Positions 48,249 to 57,479 of a stretch of 64,000 nucleotides of DNA are shown in pieces. Origin of the DNA: Armatimonadota bacterium (GTDB lineage: Bacteria > Armatimonadota > SYMT01); the NCBI GenBank assembly GCA_041690135.1, contig JAWLHY010000008.1:64001-128000 (forward strand), in the 5' to 3' direction. The notes under the pieces are model-generated. The model had not been told where the DNA came from. It searched no databases and saw only the letters and a program-made list of their open reading frames with translations. A program made the position numbers and the translations under genes. The first letter of the stretch is position 1, and the number at the start of each line of letters is the position of its first letter.

Positions 48249-48782
48249 ATGGACCCGGAAGAACTGCGAGCCCTGATCCGTACGGCCCGACGAAAGCCGC
48301 TGTTCGATCCTACGGTCGCCGGGGATCCTCGCGACCTGGGGCGAGAGCAGTTGGTCCGGATTTTGCCTCACCGGGGTACGATGCTGCTGCTGGACGGCAT
48401 CGACCGGGTGGACCTCGAAGGCGGTCGTATCGTCGGCCGCCGCCGCGTGGCGGCGGCCGATCCGGTGTTCGGCGACCATTTCCCGGGCTACCCGGTCTAT
48501 CCGGGGGTCCTCCAGGTGGAGATGATGGGGCAACTGGGTCTCTGCCTGGCCGTTTTCACGGATCGGGGCGCCGTTGAACTGCCGGAGGAGGGGAGAGCCT
48601 TGCAGGTGCGCCTCCTCCGGATCCACCATGCGCTCTTTGTGCAGGAGGTCCGTCCGGATGACCGCCTGACAGTGCTGGCGAAGGTGCTGCACGAGGACGG
48701 AACCACGATGATCTGTACGGGCCAGTTGCTTCGGGACGGGGAAGTGTTAAGTATCGCGGTGCTCGAGGCTTTCCGGGCCTAG
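48249..48782 (+). CDS. FabZ-like beta-hydroxyacyl-ACP dehydratase
   Basis: LPHR, HFPGYPVYPGVLQVEMMGQ, EVRPDD. Confidence 0.88.
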   Translation: MDPEELRALIRTARRKPLFDPTVAGDPRDLGREQLVRILPHRGTMLLLDGIDRVDLEGGRIVGRRRVAAADPVFGDHFPGYPVYPGVLQVEMMGQLGLCLAVFTDRGAVELPEEGRALQVRLLRIHHALFVQEVRPDDRLTVLAKVLHEDGTTMICTGQLLRDGEVLSIAVLEAFRA

Positions 48783-48803
48783 TCGGGAAAGAGGGGAGAG
48801 GGC

Positions 48804-49610
48804 GTGTTCGACTTACGGGGGAAGACAGTCCTGCTTACCGGCGGGACCATGGGGATCGGCCTCGCCACCGCGCTCAAGTTCGGAAGCGTGGGGGCGCGCA
48901 CGATCCTCACCTGCCGGTTCGGCTCGGCGGATGAGGACGAGGTCCGCAGCCAGTTCGCCGCAATAGATGCTCCCATGCCGCTGATCGTTCAGGCGGACGT
49001 GGCGAACGAGGAGGACACGGTTGCGCTGATGGACGAGATCGCGCGGGAGCACGACGGGGTCGATATCTTCATCTCCAACGTCTCGTTCGCGCTCCGGATC
49101 TCCGGGCTGGAGGACTACGATAAACGCGCTTTACTCCGGGGCATTGAGTACACGTCATGGCCCCTCTGGGCTTATACGCGGGCTCTCCGGGAGCGGTTCG
49201 GACGGTATCCGCGCTATGTCGTCGGGCTTTCCAGCGACGGCCCCGACTCCTACTACCTGAACTACGACTTCGTGGCGATGTCCAAGTCGCTTCTGGAAAC
49301 CCTCTGCCGTTACATGAATTACCGGCTCTTCGATGAAGGGGTGCGGGTAAACGTGGTCCGCTCGCGGATGATCGTGACTGAATCGATGCTCGCCACCTTT
49401 GGCGAGGATTTCGCGGAGTACCTGCGCCGCCTGAAGGTGGAGGAACTGAGCATCAGCCCCGATGACGTGGCCGGGGTGGTAGTCTCGCTCTGCAGTGGCT
49501 GGATGGACGCGGTCGCCGGCCAGGTGATCCGGGTCGACCGCGGCACGGCGTTCTTCGACAACACCATGGGGTTCTTCGAGCGGATCGAGCAAAGGCATGA
49601 GCCGCTCTAA
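48804..49610 (+). CDS. Second FabL/FabI-like enoyl-ACP reductase (SDR)
   Basis: TGGTMGIG; Y-X6-K motif YDFVAMSK; collinear with 44235-45083. Confidence 0.78.
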   Translation: MFDLRGKTVLLTGGTMGIGLATALKFGSVGARTILTCRFGSADEDEVRSQFAAIDAPMPLIVQADVANEEDTVALMDEIAREHDGVDIFISNVSFALRISGLEDYDKRALLRGIEYTSWPLWAYTRALRERFGRYPRYVVGLSSDGPDSYYLNYDFVAMSKSLLETLCRYMNYRLFDEGVRVNVVRSRMIVTESMLATFGEDFAEYLRRLKVEELSISPDDVAGVVVSLCSGWMDAVAGQVIRVDRGTAFFDNTMGFFERIEQRHEPL

Positions 49611-50481
49611 GGTAGCGCCCCGGGAAAGCCGGTACTTCCATGCCAGGCATGTGCTGGTGACCGGCGGCTCCAGCGGGATCGGGCTGGCGGTCGCGGAAGG
49701 CATTGCCGCGCGGGGCGGTCGGGTCACGCTGATCGCCCGTGATCCAAGCCGGCTCGAGGAAGCGCGCCACCGCATCGAGAGCCGCTACCCGGCATCCGTG
49801 GTGGGTCTTCTGGAGTTGGACGTCGCCGAGGAAGAGGCGGTCCATTCAACGGTGCCCGCCTACCTCAACGAGCATCCGGCGTGGGGATTGGTCAACAGTG
49901 CCGGCATCACCTTGCCGGGACGGGCGCTGGAATTGGGCTCGGAAGACTTCCGCTCCCAGATGCAGGTGAATTACTTCGGGACGGTCGCGATGTGCCGGAC
50001 CGTGGTGCCGGACCTCATCGCCCGGGGCGAAGGCCACGTGGTGAACGTCGGTTCCCTGCTGTCGGTGATGTCCATCTACGGGCACTCCGCGTACTCGGCG
50101 AGCAAGTTCGCGGTTTATGCCTTCACCGACGCGCTCCGGGCGGAAATGACCCGGAACGGGGTACGGGTCAGCCTGCTGCTGCCGGGGGACACGGATACTC
50201 CGCAACACCAGCATGAGCGCCGGTACCTGCCGCCGGAAACCCGCGCAATTGCCGGCTCCGTGAAACTGCTGTCGGCGGAGCAGGTGGCGGCCGAGCTATT
50301 GCGGGGAATGGCGCGAGGGGCCTTCGAGATCATCCCCGGCACCGAGGCCCGCGCCGCAGTTCTAGCCTACCGCTGGTTTCCGGACCTGGCCCGCTGGGTG
50401 TGGTCCCGCGCCGAACGCCGGGCGATGAGCATTTCCGGGGAGTCCGCTACGGACCTTCCCACCGAACAGAAGGGTCGGTGA
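49597..50481 (+). CDS. 3-ketodihydrosphingosine reductase (KDSR/Tsc10)-like SDR
   Basis: HVLVTGGSSGIG, VTLIAR, VNYFG, AYSASKFA, and the KDSR-like PGDTDTP....E....PPETRAI. Confidence 0.75.
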   Translation: MSRSKVAPRESRYFHARHVLVTGGSSGIGLAVAEGIAARGGRVTLIARDPSRLEEARHRIESRYPASVVGLLELDVAEEEAVHSTVPAYLNEHPAWGLVNSAGITLPGRALELGSEDFRSQMQVNYFGTVAMCRTVVPDLIARGEGHVVNVGSLLSVMSIYGHSAYSASKFAVYAFTDALRAEMTRNGVRVSLLLPGDTDTPQHQHERRYLPPETRAIAGSVKLLSAEQVAAELLRGMARGAFEIIPGTEARAAVLAYRWFPDLARWVWSRAERRAMSISGESATDLPTEQKGR

Positions 50482-50577
50482 TTGGGAGAATGAGGGAATG
50501 GTAGCGACTGTTTCTGCACCCGTTGCTTCCGTTTCCCTTCCTAATTCTCAGAATTCGCCCGATTAGCCGATCGTCCA

Positions 50578-51369
50578 TTACTCCAGGTAACGGCGGACCC
50601 GGTTCTTCCAACCGGTGAGCCACCGCTTCTCACCGCGGGCGGGGGGAGAGTTCTCCACGCGGCGCGTGAGGACGGACTCCGCGCTGGCGGCGAACTCCTT
50701 TACCGGCCCCGGTCCCTTCCCCTTCATGCCCGCCAGGACCTGGAGGAGGCCCCAGCCCTGGCCCTGGTAGCGCTCGGTCTCCTTGATGCCTTCGCCTTTG
50801 AAGTTGACGTAGTCGATCAGGGCGAAGGTACCGGCGCTGCTGCCCAGCATCCGCTGGAACTGGGCTCTAACGTTCTCCCGCTGCGCCGCGGGCGCGGCCT
50901 CCAGCATCTTGGGGAGGCTCGCTTCCATGCGCTGGACGATAAAGCGGCTCTGGAGCGAGAGGGTGCGAGAGAGGAGATTCCGCAGCTCCTTCATGCGGGG
51001 GCTCTGGAAGTCCCGCTCGAACTCCGCCTTCGTGGACCACGGGCAGGGCCTATCGAGGGCCCATTCCGGGACCGAAGCACCCTCCTCCGCCAGGAACCGG
51101 GCGAGTCGCGGGAAGGCCTCGTCGAAGGGTCCACTGTAGCCTTTCGGATACCAGATAAAGTGACCGATGCCGAGGGAAGCAAACTGCTCGCCGGCATTCC
51201 AGGAGGTCAGGCCGTCGATCCGTCCACCGCACTCGTTCTGCCAGATTCGCTTCCCAATGGTGGTCAGTTGCTGGTCCGTCAATTCAACAGCGCAGGCGGC
51301 ACTCGTGCCGGCGATGCACGATGCCAGTAAGAGCACGCGAAGGATATGGAGAATAACTGTAGGGCTCAT
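50578..51369 (-). CDS. Exported conserved hypothetical protein
   Basis: Signal peptide; IWQNECGG..DGLTSWN.GE.FASLGIGHFIWYP; ALIDYVNFKGEG. Confidence 0.8.
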   Translation of the reverse strand: MSPTVILHILRVLLLASCIAGTSAACAVELTDQQLTTIGKRIWQNECGGRIDGLTSWNAGEQFASLGIGHFIWYPKGYSGPFDEAFPRLARFLAEEGASVPEWALDRPCPWSTKAEFERDFQSPRMKELRNLLSRTLSLQSRFIVQRMEASLPKMLEAAPAAQRENVRAQFQRMLGSSAGTFALIDYVNFKGEGIKETERYQGQGWGLLQVLAGMKGKGPGPVKEFAASAESVLTRRVENSPPARGEKRWLTGWKNRVRRYLE

Positions 51370-53372
51370 AGGGCGGTGGTACTTGGGACGTCTTGCAAGA
51401 GGGAGCGCAGTTCTTCGATATCGATCGGCTTCACCCGGTGGTGGTCAAATCCGGCCTGGAGTGCCGCATCCTGGTCCGCAGGCAGTCCATGCCCGGTGAG
51501 CGCTATCAGGATCGCTTCCGACCCTTCCTCCCGAAGTTTACGGGCAAGCGTGTATCCATCGATCCCGGGCAGTCCTACATCCAGAATGCCCACGTGGGGC
51601 GGTTCTTCGCGTGCGAGTTGGAGGGCCTGGTCTCCACTCCTTGCCAGCCGAACGGTGTATCCCCACATCTCCAGGATCTCCTTCAAGGTCGCGGCCGCAT
51701 CTTCTTGGTCTTCCGCAACTAGAACCACCTGTCGGTGCGGCTGCTGCGGCAGAGCCTCTTCACTGCCGGCGATTTCCTCGGCCCCGGACAGTTCCGGTCC
51801 TCCGGTGAGCGGCAGGCGGACGGTGAATTCGCTGCCCCGATTCGGTCCGGCGCTATAAACTTCAAGCTGCCCCTCGTGCAATTCCACCAGACGCCTGACC
51901 AGCGTCAGGCCAATTCCCAATCCGCCCTCGCTGGAGCCGAGCGACCGCTTCTCCTGGATAAAAAGGTCGAAGATGGTTGACAGGTGTTCCGGATCGATCC
52001 CCAACCCGTTGTCCCGCACCCGGAAGATGAGAGCCCCATTCTCCAACCCCAGGAACACATTAATCTCGCCTTCCGGCTGGGTGTACTTGGCGGCGTTTCC
52101 CAGCAGGTTTACAAACACTTGCTCCATCCGGTCCGGGTCGGCGACCGCCCAGAGTGGCTGGTCCGGTAGATCCAGGCGGAGCATGTGGCGCTTGGCGCTG
52201 ATGAGGGGCTGGACGGCCTCAACGGCGCCTTGTAGCGACTCCCGCAGGTCGGTGCGCTGGGGTCTGAGTTCGATGACGCCGCGAGTGATCCGCGAGACAT
52301 CGAGTAGATCTTCCACCAGGCGCTCCAGATGCCGAGTTTGACGCCGGATGGTCGCAACCGGCCGGTCGGCCCGGGCCTCGCCGCTCCGCCTCTCCAGGAG
52401 GTAAAGGGCGTTGGAGACCGCGGCCAGCGGATTGCGCAGTTCGTGTGCCAGGGCAGCGAGGAATTCATCCTTGCGACGGTTCGCTTCCTCTTCGCGCTGG
52501 TAGAGGCGATTGACCTCGGCAAGGAGTTCCCTTTGCTTCCGGAGCGTGTCGATGTAAGTCCGGTACGCCGCGAACACCAGATAGAGGCAGGGCAGCAAAA
52601 GCAGTGCAATCGGACCGGCAGAAGTGTAGGCGATGGCGATTCCTCCCGCGACGGTAGCCGAAAGGAAATAGACGGGCGCCATCCAGAAACAATGCTCTCT
52701 CCACACCTGGAGAGGAGACTGACCCTGTTCGAAAGCGATGGCGGCAGCTACTCCAAAGGTGTTGATGAGGAAGTAGGAACTCGTGAAAACGATCAACTCG
52801 GAGAGTTCCCGCTGCCACCCCGCGTGCGCCAGTGGCCCAACCGCCCAGCCCAGCCAGCCGGCCAGCGCACCGGCCAGCGCGCAGTGAGCCACGTTGAAGA
52901 CTCTGCGGTAAGAGGGTTGGTTGAAATAGCGTAGCCGCCACCAGGCGCCTTCGGGACGAACCAGATGGGTGAGGAGAGCGCCGACGCCGGCGCAGAGCGT
53001 GGCCGCCTGTACGCCCTGGATAAGCAGCGCCAGGCAGACCACGGCAAACACCAGGCTTTGCCGGCTTTGCTTGAGGGTCACCTCGATCCGCCAGACCCCG
53101 GCCACTGCGGCGACCAGCAGCAGCGCACCCGTTACCCACGCTTGATTCGGTGCCGGCAGGCGAGCTACTAAGACTGCCGCTGGCAGCACCCCACCAACGT
53201 GCAGCAGGATATACCACTGTAATGAACGGGGAAGATGCCCGAACCCCGCCCCTTTCCCTGCCCCGGTCGCCTTCACGGATGTGGGCCGCCTCCTGTCGGG
53301 TATTCGTCCTATCCCCAGGTCAATTTCGCTCTGCGGGCCGGCCGGGCGAAGCTTGTTTCGCGCAGCGATCAA
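51366..53372 (-). CDS. Hybrid histidine kinase with a multi-TM (MASE-like) sensor domain
   Basis: About 7 hydrophobic helices (VFNVA, YFLINT), KDEFLAALAHELRNPL, HATPase and REC. The true start is probably downstream of 53372. Confidence 0.88.
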   Translation of the reverse strand: MIAARNKLRPAGPQSEIDLGIGRIPDRRRPTSVKATGAGKGAGFGHLPRSLQWYILLHVGGVLPAAVLVARLPAPNQAWVTGALLLVAAVAGVWRIEVTLKQSRQSLVFAVVCLALLIQGVQAATLCAGVGALLTHLVRPEGAWWRLRYFNQPSYRRVFNVAHCALAGALAGWLGWAVGPLAHAGWQRELSELIVFTSSYFLINTFGVAAAIAFEQGQSPLQVWREHCFWMAPVYFLSATVAGGIAIAYTSAGPIALLLLPCLYLVFAAYRTYIDTLRKQRELLAEVNRLYQREEEANRRKDEFLAALAHELRNPLAAVSNALYLLERRSGEARADRPVATIRRQTRHLERLVEDLLDVSRITRGVIELRPQRTDLRESLQGAVEAVQPLISAKRHMLRLDLPDQPLWAVADPDRMEQVFVNLLGNAAKYTQPEGEINVFLGLENGALIFRVRDNGLGIDPEHLSTIFDLFIQEKRSLGSSEGGLGIGLTLVRRLVELHEGQLEVYSAGPNRGSEFTVRLPLTGGPELSGAEEIAGSEEALPQQPHRQVVLVAEDQEDAAATLKEILEMWGYTVRLARSGDQALQLAREEPPHVGILDVGLPGIDGYTLARKLREEGSEAILIALTGHGLPADQDAALQAGFDHHRVKPIDIEELRSLLQDVPSTTAL

Positions 53373-53834
53373 AGGTCCGAAAGTTCCATGTCAGCTACGG
53401 TCAACATATCAGTTTACCAGAAGTGACGTGACACGATGGAAGGTATCGCTCGATCTGTCACGAACGATGCCGATTGCCCCGAATCAGGAACAATGCCTCC
53501 GGAGCGGAATGCATCGGGAGATGACCCCCTGCATCTCCGCTGCCGCCTGTGTAGCCGGCTAACGAGCATCCCTTCGTCGTCAGGATGATAGGACGAGCGT
53601 CAGGGGAGCGAGAGAACAAGGGCCGGAGCGCTAGAGAAGTAGAGGATTAAGACTCGAACGACCGGGGTAAAACCCCAACGAGCGTCTATCCTCTCCACGC
53701 GAGTGTGGTTGCGGTATCGCCGGGTCGGGGGAGGGCTGATGCCCACCTGGGTTGATGACAACAAGTGTCACCCGGAGACTGCCTGAATTCTCGATCCCAT
53801 GCACTCCTATCTAATCCATTCACGCGTACCCCAC

Positions 53835-54605
53835 ATGCCGGATCGGCGGGGCTTTACACTCATTGAATTGTTGGTGGTAATAGCAATTATCGCCATCCTC
53901 GCCGCCATCCTCTTCCCCGTCTTCGCCCAGGCGCGGGAGGCGGCTCGGAGCACCGCGTGTCTTTCCAACCAACGGCAGATCGGCACCGCGGCCATGATGT
54001 ATTCGCAGGACTACGATGAGTTGCTGCTCCCCTGGCTGCGCCGTCGGGCCGGCACCGAACCCGTGAGCCAGCGAGTCTGGGTTAGCCTCATCCAGCCCTA
54101 CCTGAAGAGCGGCGGCGAACTCCAGGCGAGCGGTGCCATGCGATGCGCTTCCTGGACGGAAGCCAAGATCCGCGTGGCGGCCAATGCGCCCGGGTGCCAA
54201 AGCATGGACGCGGCCTTTAACGCCCAGCCCACCCAGATCTGGGCTCACTACGGGATTGCGCTCCCCGAGCCGCAAATCACGGGAACCGGTACGCAACAGG
54301 ACCCCTTCACCCACCGGCCTGGCAGCGGCGCCCTGGGCGCACTCGATGTGATTGTCGGGCTGCCACAGGTGCTGCGACCCGCGGAGACGGCCTTCATTTC
54401 AGATGGAGTCACCATGGGGGTCCTGGGTGGCGCGGCGGGGGTCAGTGCCTGGGGGTGCCAGGGTGCCTCAATGCATCGCGACGGCACCAACTACATCTTC
54501 CTGGATGGGCATTCCAAATGGCTCAAGGGCAATGCCGAGAGCTATCTCAAGCGGGATGCTTCCGGGCGCTATTTCCGGCGGTACTTCACTTACGACATGG
54601 AATAG
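53835..54605 (+). CDS. Prepilin-type N-terminal cleavage/methylation, DUF1559 / H-X9-DG protein
   Basis: [53 protein letters not shown]. Confidence 0.92.
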   Translation: MPDRRGFTLIELLVVIAIIAILAAILFPVFAQAREAARSTACLSNQRQIGTAAMMYSQDYDELLLPWLRRRAGTEPVSQRVWVSLIQPYLKSGGELQASGAMRCASWTEAKIRVAANAPGCQSMDAAFNAQPTQIWAHYGIALPEPQITGTGTQQDPFTHRPGSGALGALDVIVGLPQVLRPAETAFISDGVTMGVLGGAAGVSAWGCQGASMHRDGTNYIFLDGHSKWLKGNAESYLKRDASGRYFRRYFTYDME

Positions 54606-54745
54606 GCTCAATCCCTGTTTAAGGATGGACCGCATGGGCTAACTGTTTTTTGGCCGCAGAAAGTGCCGGTTGCCCGCTGGATCTCCGTCGTGTCGCGCGG
54701 GCAGCATCCCGACACTCACCAGGCGGCATTTACCTGGGAACCAAA

Positions 54746-56473
54746 ATGCTCCGTTCAAGATATCTCCCATTCCAATTGCTGCTCGCCGTCCTGCTGGGTA
54801 CGTTCGCCCTGGCATCGCCTGCTCGCGCCGGCGGGATTGCGGACGACCTGAACGAAGAGATGCGAGCGAATCCGCTCAGCCTTGTTAGGCGGCGGGTGAT
54901 CGTTCAATACTCTCAATCGAACGTCAACAGCGGCCTGCTCGCTTTGCTGGTGGGCGGAACGCACGTTGAAGACCTGCCCCTGATCCAGGGCGCCGTGATG
55001 CTTGTGCCGCAGGTCAACCTAACGGTGCTGGCTGCGCACCCCGCGGTGAAGCAGGTTTCCCCGGACCGCAAAATCTTCCGGGAGTCCAACCACACCTTCG
55101 ACTACGACGTGCAGACCGCGGGGGCGAATGAGGTTTGGTCCGCCACACCTTACCGGGGGCACGGAGTGGGTATTGCGGTGCTCGACACCGGTGTCCATCC
55201 CGGAACGACGGATTGGGTGTCGCGGCAGACCGGCGCCAACCGCCTGGTGGGGTGGAAGGACCTGGTAAACGGCCAGCCTCTACCCTATGACGACAACGGG
55301 CACGGGACCCACGTAGCCGGAGTGGCGTTGGCCAGTGGTTACAACTCTGCTGGCAGGGTCAACGGGACCGCGCCGGAAGCCGCGCTCGTAGGCGTGAAGG
55401 TGTTGGGAGAGGACGGTTCCGGTCAGGTGAGCACCGTGATCAAAGGGCTTACCTGGTGTCGCGACAACCGCAGTGCCTACAACGTCCGCGTGATCAATCT
55501 CTCCCTAGGCCACCGGCCGGGCGAAAGCCGGCATACGGACCCACTTTGCACGGCTGTAAGGAACGTTGTCCGAGAAGGATTGGTGGTGGTCTGCTCGGCC
55601 GGCAACAAAGGAAAGGATAGCAACGGCCAGACCGTTTACGGAGGTGTTTCCAGCCCTGGTAATGAGTTGGCAGCGATTACGGTCGGAGCCCTGAATACCT
55701 TTCAGACGGAGAAGCGGGAGGACGACGGGGTTTGCACCTACAGCAGCCGGGGACCCACCTACCTGGATCATGAAGCCAAGCCGGACCTCGTCGCCCCGGG
55801 AAACAAGATCCTTTCCAGTCGCGCCCCAGGCTCGAAGCTGGACACGGATTTCCCGGCAAACCGGTTCGACGCGGACCCCACCACTTCCGGCAGCGTGGAT
55901 CACTTTCGCCTTTCCGGCACCAGCATGGCCGCTCCACAGGTTGCCGGTACCGTAGCCCTGATGCTTCAGGCCAAGCCCGGCCTGACTCCCAATACGGTCA
56001 AGGCGGTCTTGATGTACACGGCGGAGAAACTGGCACTGACGGATGGTGCGGGCGTGCCACTGACCGACGGCCTCTCGCTCCTCACGCAGGGGGCCGGGAG
56101 TCTGAATGCGGTCGGCGCCGTGGAAGCGGCCATGAAGATCAACCCGGCTATGCCGACCGGAGAGTGGTGGCTGACCGCGCCCCTCAGTGGGAGCAGCCAT
56201 ATCAAGAACCACACGTTTAACTGGAACGCGAAGGTCTTCTGGGGGAATAGCGCTTACACGGGAGTGGGGCTCCTCGGCTTCCGCCAGCAGGCCTGGGACC
56301 AGCAGATGACCTGGGGCGACCAGATGACCTGGGGCGACCAGATGACCTGGGGCGATAATGGGGTCACGGGAGACCGAACGGTGTGGGAGAGTTACTCCAT
56401 CTGGGGCGACCAGATGACCTGGGGTGACCAGATGACCTGGGGCGACCACACCGTATTGACCGGAGGTGAATGA
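54746..56473 (+). CDS. Secreted S8 (subtilisin, AprX-like) serine peptidase with C-terminal DQMTWG repeats
   Basis: Signal peptide, propeptide, AVLDTG, HGTHVAG, SAGN, SGTSMAAP; five QMTWG units. Confidence 0.93.
   Translation: MLRSRYLPFQLLLAVLLGTFALASPARAGGIADDLNEEMRANPLSLVRRRVIVQYSQSNVNSGLLALLVGGTHVEDLPLIQGAVMLVPQVNLTVLAAHPAVKQVSPDRKIFRESNHTFDYDVQTAGANEVWSATPYRGHGVGIAVLDTGVHPGTTDWVSRQTGANRLVGWKDLVNGQPLPYDDNGHGTHVAGVALASGYNSAGRVNGTAPEAALVGVKVLGEDGSGQVSTVIKGLTWCRDNRSAYNVRVINLSLGHRPGESRHTDPLCTAVRNVVREGLVVVCSAGNKGKDSNGQTVYGGVSSPGNELAAITVGALNTFQTEKREDDGVCTYSSRGPTYLDHEAKPDLVAPGNKILSSRAPGSKLDTDFPANRFDADPTTSGSVDHFRLSGTSMAAPQVAGTVALMLQAKPGLTPNTVKAVLMYTAEKLALTDGAGVPLTDGLSLLTQGAGSLNAVGAVEAAMKINPAMPTGEWWLTAPLSGSSHIKNHTFNWNAKVFWGNSAYTGVGLLGFRQQAWDQQMTWGDQMTWGDQMTWGDNGVTGDRTVWESYSIWGDQMTWGDQMTWGDHTVLTGGE
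56303..56448 (+). repeat. 18-bp coding tandem repeats (CAGATGACCTGGGGCGAC), 3 + 2 copies
   Basis: Visible at 56303-56356 and 56411-56446; they encode QMTWGD. Confidence 0.9.
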
Positions 56474-56497
56474 CCCCAGGGACCTCTGATGGTGAAA

Positions 56498-56541
56498 CAT
56501 GAGGTAGGGCGGATCCCGGTGCGGGTCCGCCCTACCTCATG
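56498..56541. terminator. Strong hairpin between convergent genes (bidirectional terminator or GTAG-REP)
   Basis: CATGAGGTAGGGCGGATCC-CGGTGC-GGGTCCGCCCTACCTCATG. Confidence 0.7.
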
Positions 56542-56552
56542 CGCTCCACCGA

Positions 56553-57479
56553 CTACCGGACGTGCCATGGTTCTACCAGGGGTTTGGCGCCATTCAGCTC
56601 CCCGTAACCCGCCCCCGTGGTGCCGGTAGGATCGGGACCGAAGTAGCGAGGATCCATGGGGTCGGCGGCCGGCTGAAACCGGATGTCACAGGAGAGCCGT
56701 ACCCGGTTGTCCGCCGCATGATGGTCGAAAGAGCCGTGCATCAGCGTCATGCTAAAGAGGATCGCATCGCCGGGGTGGAAGTGCGTCGAAAGTAGCCGCG
56801 TGCTCCGCTGGCAGGCCAGGGTGATTGCGTCCTCCCGCGCAGCAAGTCGCGGTGTGTTCACATCGTCGTAATCGACTTTGCGGATCGGTGCGATCAGGTC
56901 CTCATACGTCTGGGAGCCCTCCAGTACCATAAGTGGGCCCAATTCCAGCGGGATCTCACCCAGGGCGATCCAAACCGTGTGCACGCGCTGCGAGCCCCGG
57001 CAGAAGAACGGCAGATCGTAGTGGAGGTCCGTCGCTTTGCCGGGAGTGCCGACCCGCAGGAACAGGTAATCGTGCGGGTGGGCCGGCTCGCCGACGCAGT
57101 TGGAAACCAGTGCGCGGAGTTCGGGTCCGTGGGTGACCCGACGCAGAGCCGGACCTTCCGAAACGCTCTTCCAGAAGGCGCCCAGATCGGGAGCCAGCTC
57201 GCGCCGCCGGCTCCTCCCGGTGAAGATTCCCTCGATCGCCGGTTCGGTGATCTCGTCGACCTCCATCAGGCGCGACAGTGCTTCCTCACGCGCGGCGAGC
57301 ACAAGCGCCGGAGCGACGGCCTTCCGCACGAATACATAGCCATCGGTCGCGATCCGGTCCTGCAGGGCCGCGGCGTCCTCCCGCAGCGCCGAGCTATCGC
57401 GAAGCTCTCCCAGTAGCTCGTGCGGAACCGGATGCCCATACACCTGTGCCGAACTCAATTCACCCTCCCTGGTTACCAT
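56553..57479 (-). CDS. PhyH-family Fe(II)/2-oxoglutarate dioxygenase
   Basis: DGYVFVR, LHYD (HxD), TVWIALG, MHGS, RLSCDIRFQ. Confidence 0.88.
   Translation of the reverse strand: MVTREGELSSAQVYGHPVPHELLGELRDSSALREDAAALQDRIATDGYVFVRKAVAPALVLAAREEALSRLMEVDEITEPAIEGIFTGRSRRRELAPDLGAFWKSVSEGPALRRVTHGPELRALVSNCVGEPAHPHDYLFLRVGTPGKATDLHYDLPFFCRGSQRVHTVWIALGEIPLELGPLMVLEGSQTYEDLIAPIRKVDYDDVNTPRLAAREDAITLACQRSTRLLSTHFHPGDAILFSMTLMHGSFDHHAADNRVRLSCDIRFQPAADPMDPRYFGPDPTGTTGAGYGELNGAKPLVEPWHVR

Noticed and set aside
56303-56448. 18-bp direct repeats as a CRISPR array
   Set aside because: No unique spacers, the repeats are in frame inside the S8 gene, and no cas genes are present.
56553-57479. PhyH dioxygenase as part of the branched-lipid cluster
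   Set aside because: It lies 6 kb away in a separate operon; the family name does not imply a phytanoyl substrate.
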